DNA from: Tubulanus polymorphus
Lineage: Eukaryota; Animalia; Nemertea
Direction: 5' to 3'
NCBI RefSeq assembly: GCF_964204645.1
Contig: NC_134027.1
Location: 16,888,560 to 16,952,559 of the forward strand
DNA: 64,000 bases
The notes beneath the pieces are model-generated. The model worked only from the letters and a program-made list of their open reading frames with translations, made no database searches and was not told where the DNA came from. The first letter of the stretch is position 1. Every line of letters starts with the position of its first letter. The translations under genes were made by a program, and so were the position numbers. This document shows, piece after piece, positions 63,248 through 64,000 of the stretch.

Positions 63248-63847
63248 TTATTTATGTGATTTTAAATATTTGCCACCACAATAACCATACACTTTTTCTT
63301 TAGGATTGAATTTTCTAAATTCATCATCTAAATTCCATTGAACTGCAACATCTTTGAATGATTTTTCTAATTCATATTGAATTCCAATATTTGATGAATT
63401 TTCATTATAGATAATTCGTTCATTATCAAAATTGAAATAATATAATTGTCTTTTTTCAATTCTTAAGTTAATCAAATCATTGTAATCTTTAGCAAGTATT
63501 ATATCACTTTTTCTTTCATTGAAAGGAGTTTTAAGAATATTTATTACTTTTTCATCTAAAGTTCCTTTAAAATTTAAAACTGTATTAAATATTTTAGGAT
63601 TTTTAACACCATTATCAAAAGTATCAATTAGTTCAGTAATTAAATATGTTTCATTTGATGATATTTGATTAATCAGAGTAATGTTATCGATTTTATAATG
63701 TCTTGCGGACACTAAATTTGTTGCTGAAATATAATTTCTAATGTTAAACCGTGAAAATAATTTATTGGTTTCTTTTATTTCGATTTTGAATTTAGGTTTT
63801 TCTTTTTCTTTCTTCATTTTTATAACAAAACTTCCATTAAAACTCAT
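63248..63847 (-). CDS. Hypothetical protein with C-terminal zinc-finger remnant, inside the inverted repeat of D
   Basis: 199-aa ORF; duplicate at 61188-61841. Confidence 0.6.
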   Translation of the reverse strand: MSFNGSFVIKMKKEKEKPKFKIEIKETNKLFSRFNIRNYISATNLVSARHYKIDNITLINQISSNETYLITELIDTFDNGVKNPKIFNTVLNFKGTLDEKVINILKTPFNERKSDIILAKDYNDLINLRIEKRQLYYFNFDNERIIYNENSSNIGIQYELEKSFKDVAVQWNLDDEFRKFNPKEKVYGYCGGKYLKSHK

Positions 63848-64000
63848 TCAAATATAAGTATTCAATGTTAAAATATGAATTATTTCAATCACACTTTGCT
63901 CACACTTTTATATTCTTTTAATTATCCATTTATTTTACTTATATTTTTATTCGAAATCTGTTAAAATATGAATTATTACTCACACTTTACTCACACTTTT

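Larger units (their letters stand above)
60214..64000. mobile_element. Non-autonomous relative D of the AT-rich Polinton family (right end outside window)
   Basis: Starts AGTAATAGGG with 96-bp fold-back; long inverted repeat 61024-61856 / 63179-64000; no core genes between. Confidence 0.75.

Overview
This window is eukaryotic (most likely animal) DNA made almost entirely of nested mobile elements, with no recognisable host gene. It holds four members of one very AT-rich Polinton/Maverick-like (adintovirus-like) family. A is <1-11672. B is 15896-32428 and complete, with 68-bp TIRs and a perfect 6-bp TSD GACCAT. C is 37370-57611 and complete, with ~725-bp TIRs and TSD AGCAGG/AGCTGG. D is a non-autonomous-looking copy at 60214->64000. 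Together A-C encode protein-primed PolB, rve integrase with chromodomain, A32-like packaging ATPase, major and minor capsid proteins and several membrane proteins; no adenain protease is recognisable in the complete copies B and C. A and B sit inside a gag+protease-only Gypsy LTR element. That element sits in the capsid gene of a GC-richer classical Maverick remnant (E), which also hosts C and is itself inserted in a BEL/Pao pol. A Penelope element interrupts the capsid gene of C. Most notable observations: (1) nearly every gene of the AT-rich family starts with a T-run + TAAATG, the layout of poxvirus late promoters, suggesting a virophage-like dependence on a cytoplasmic large DNA virus; (2) a LAGLIDADG intein of the giant-virus PolB-c type in the pPolB of B, with the empty allele in C; (3) fold-back (double-ended) termini whose arms co-vary within each element; (4) a conserved ~80-nt structured motif with covarying stems in A, B and C; (5) an array of tRNA T-arm hairpins in the Gypsy leader. 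All coordinates and similarities were read by eye. Many frameshifts lie in homopolymers and could be assembly errors.
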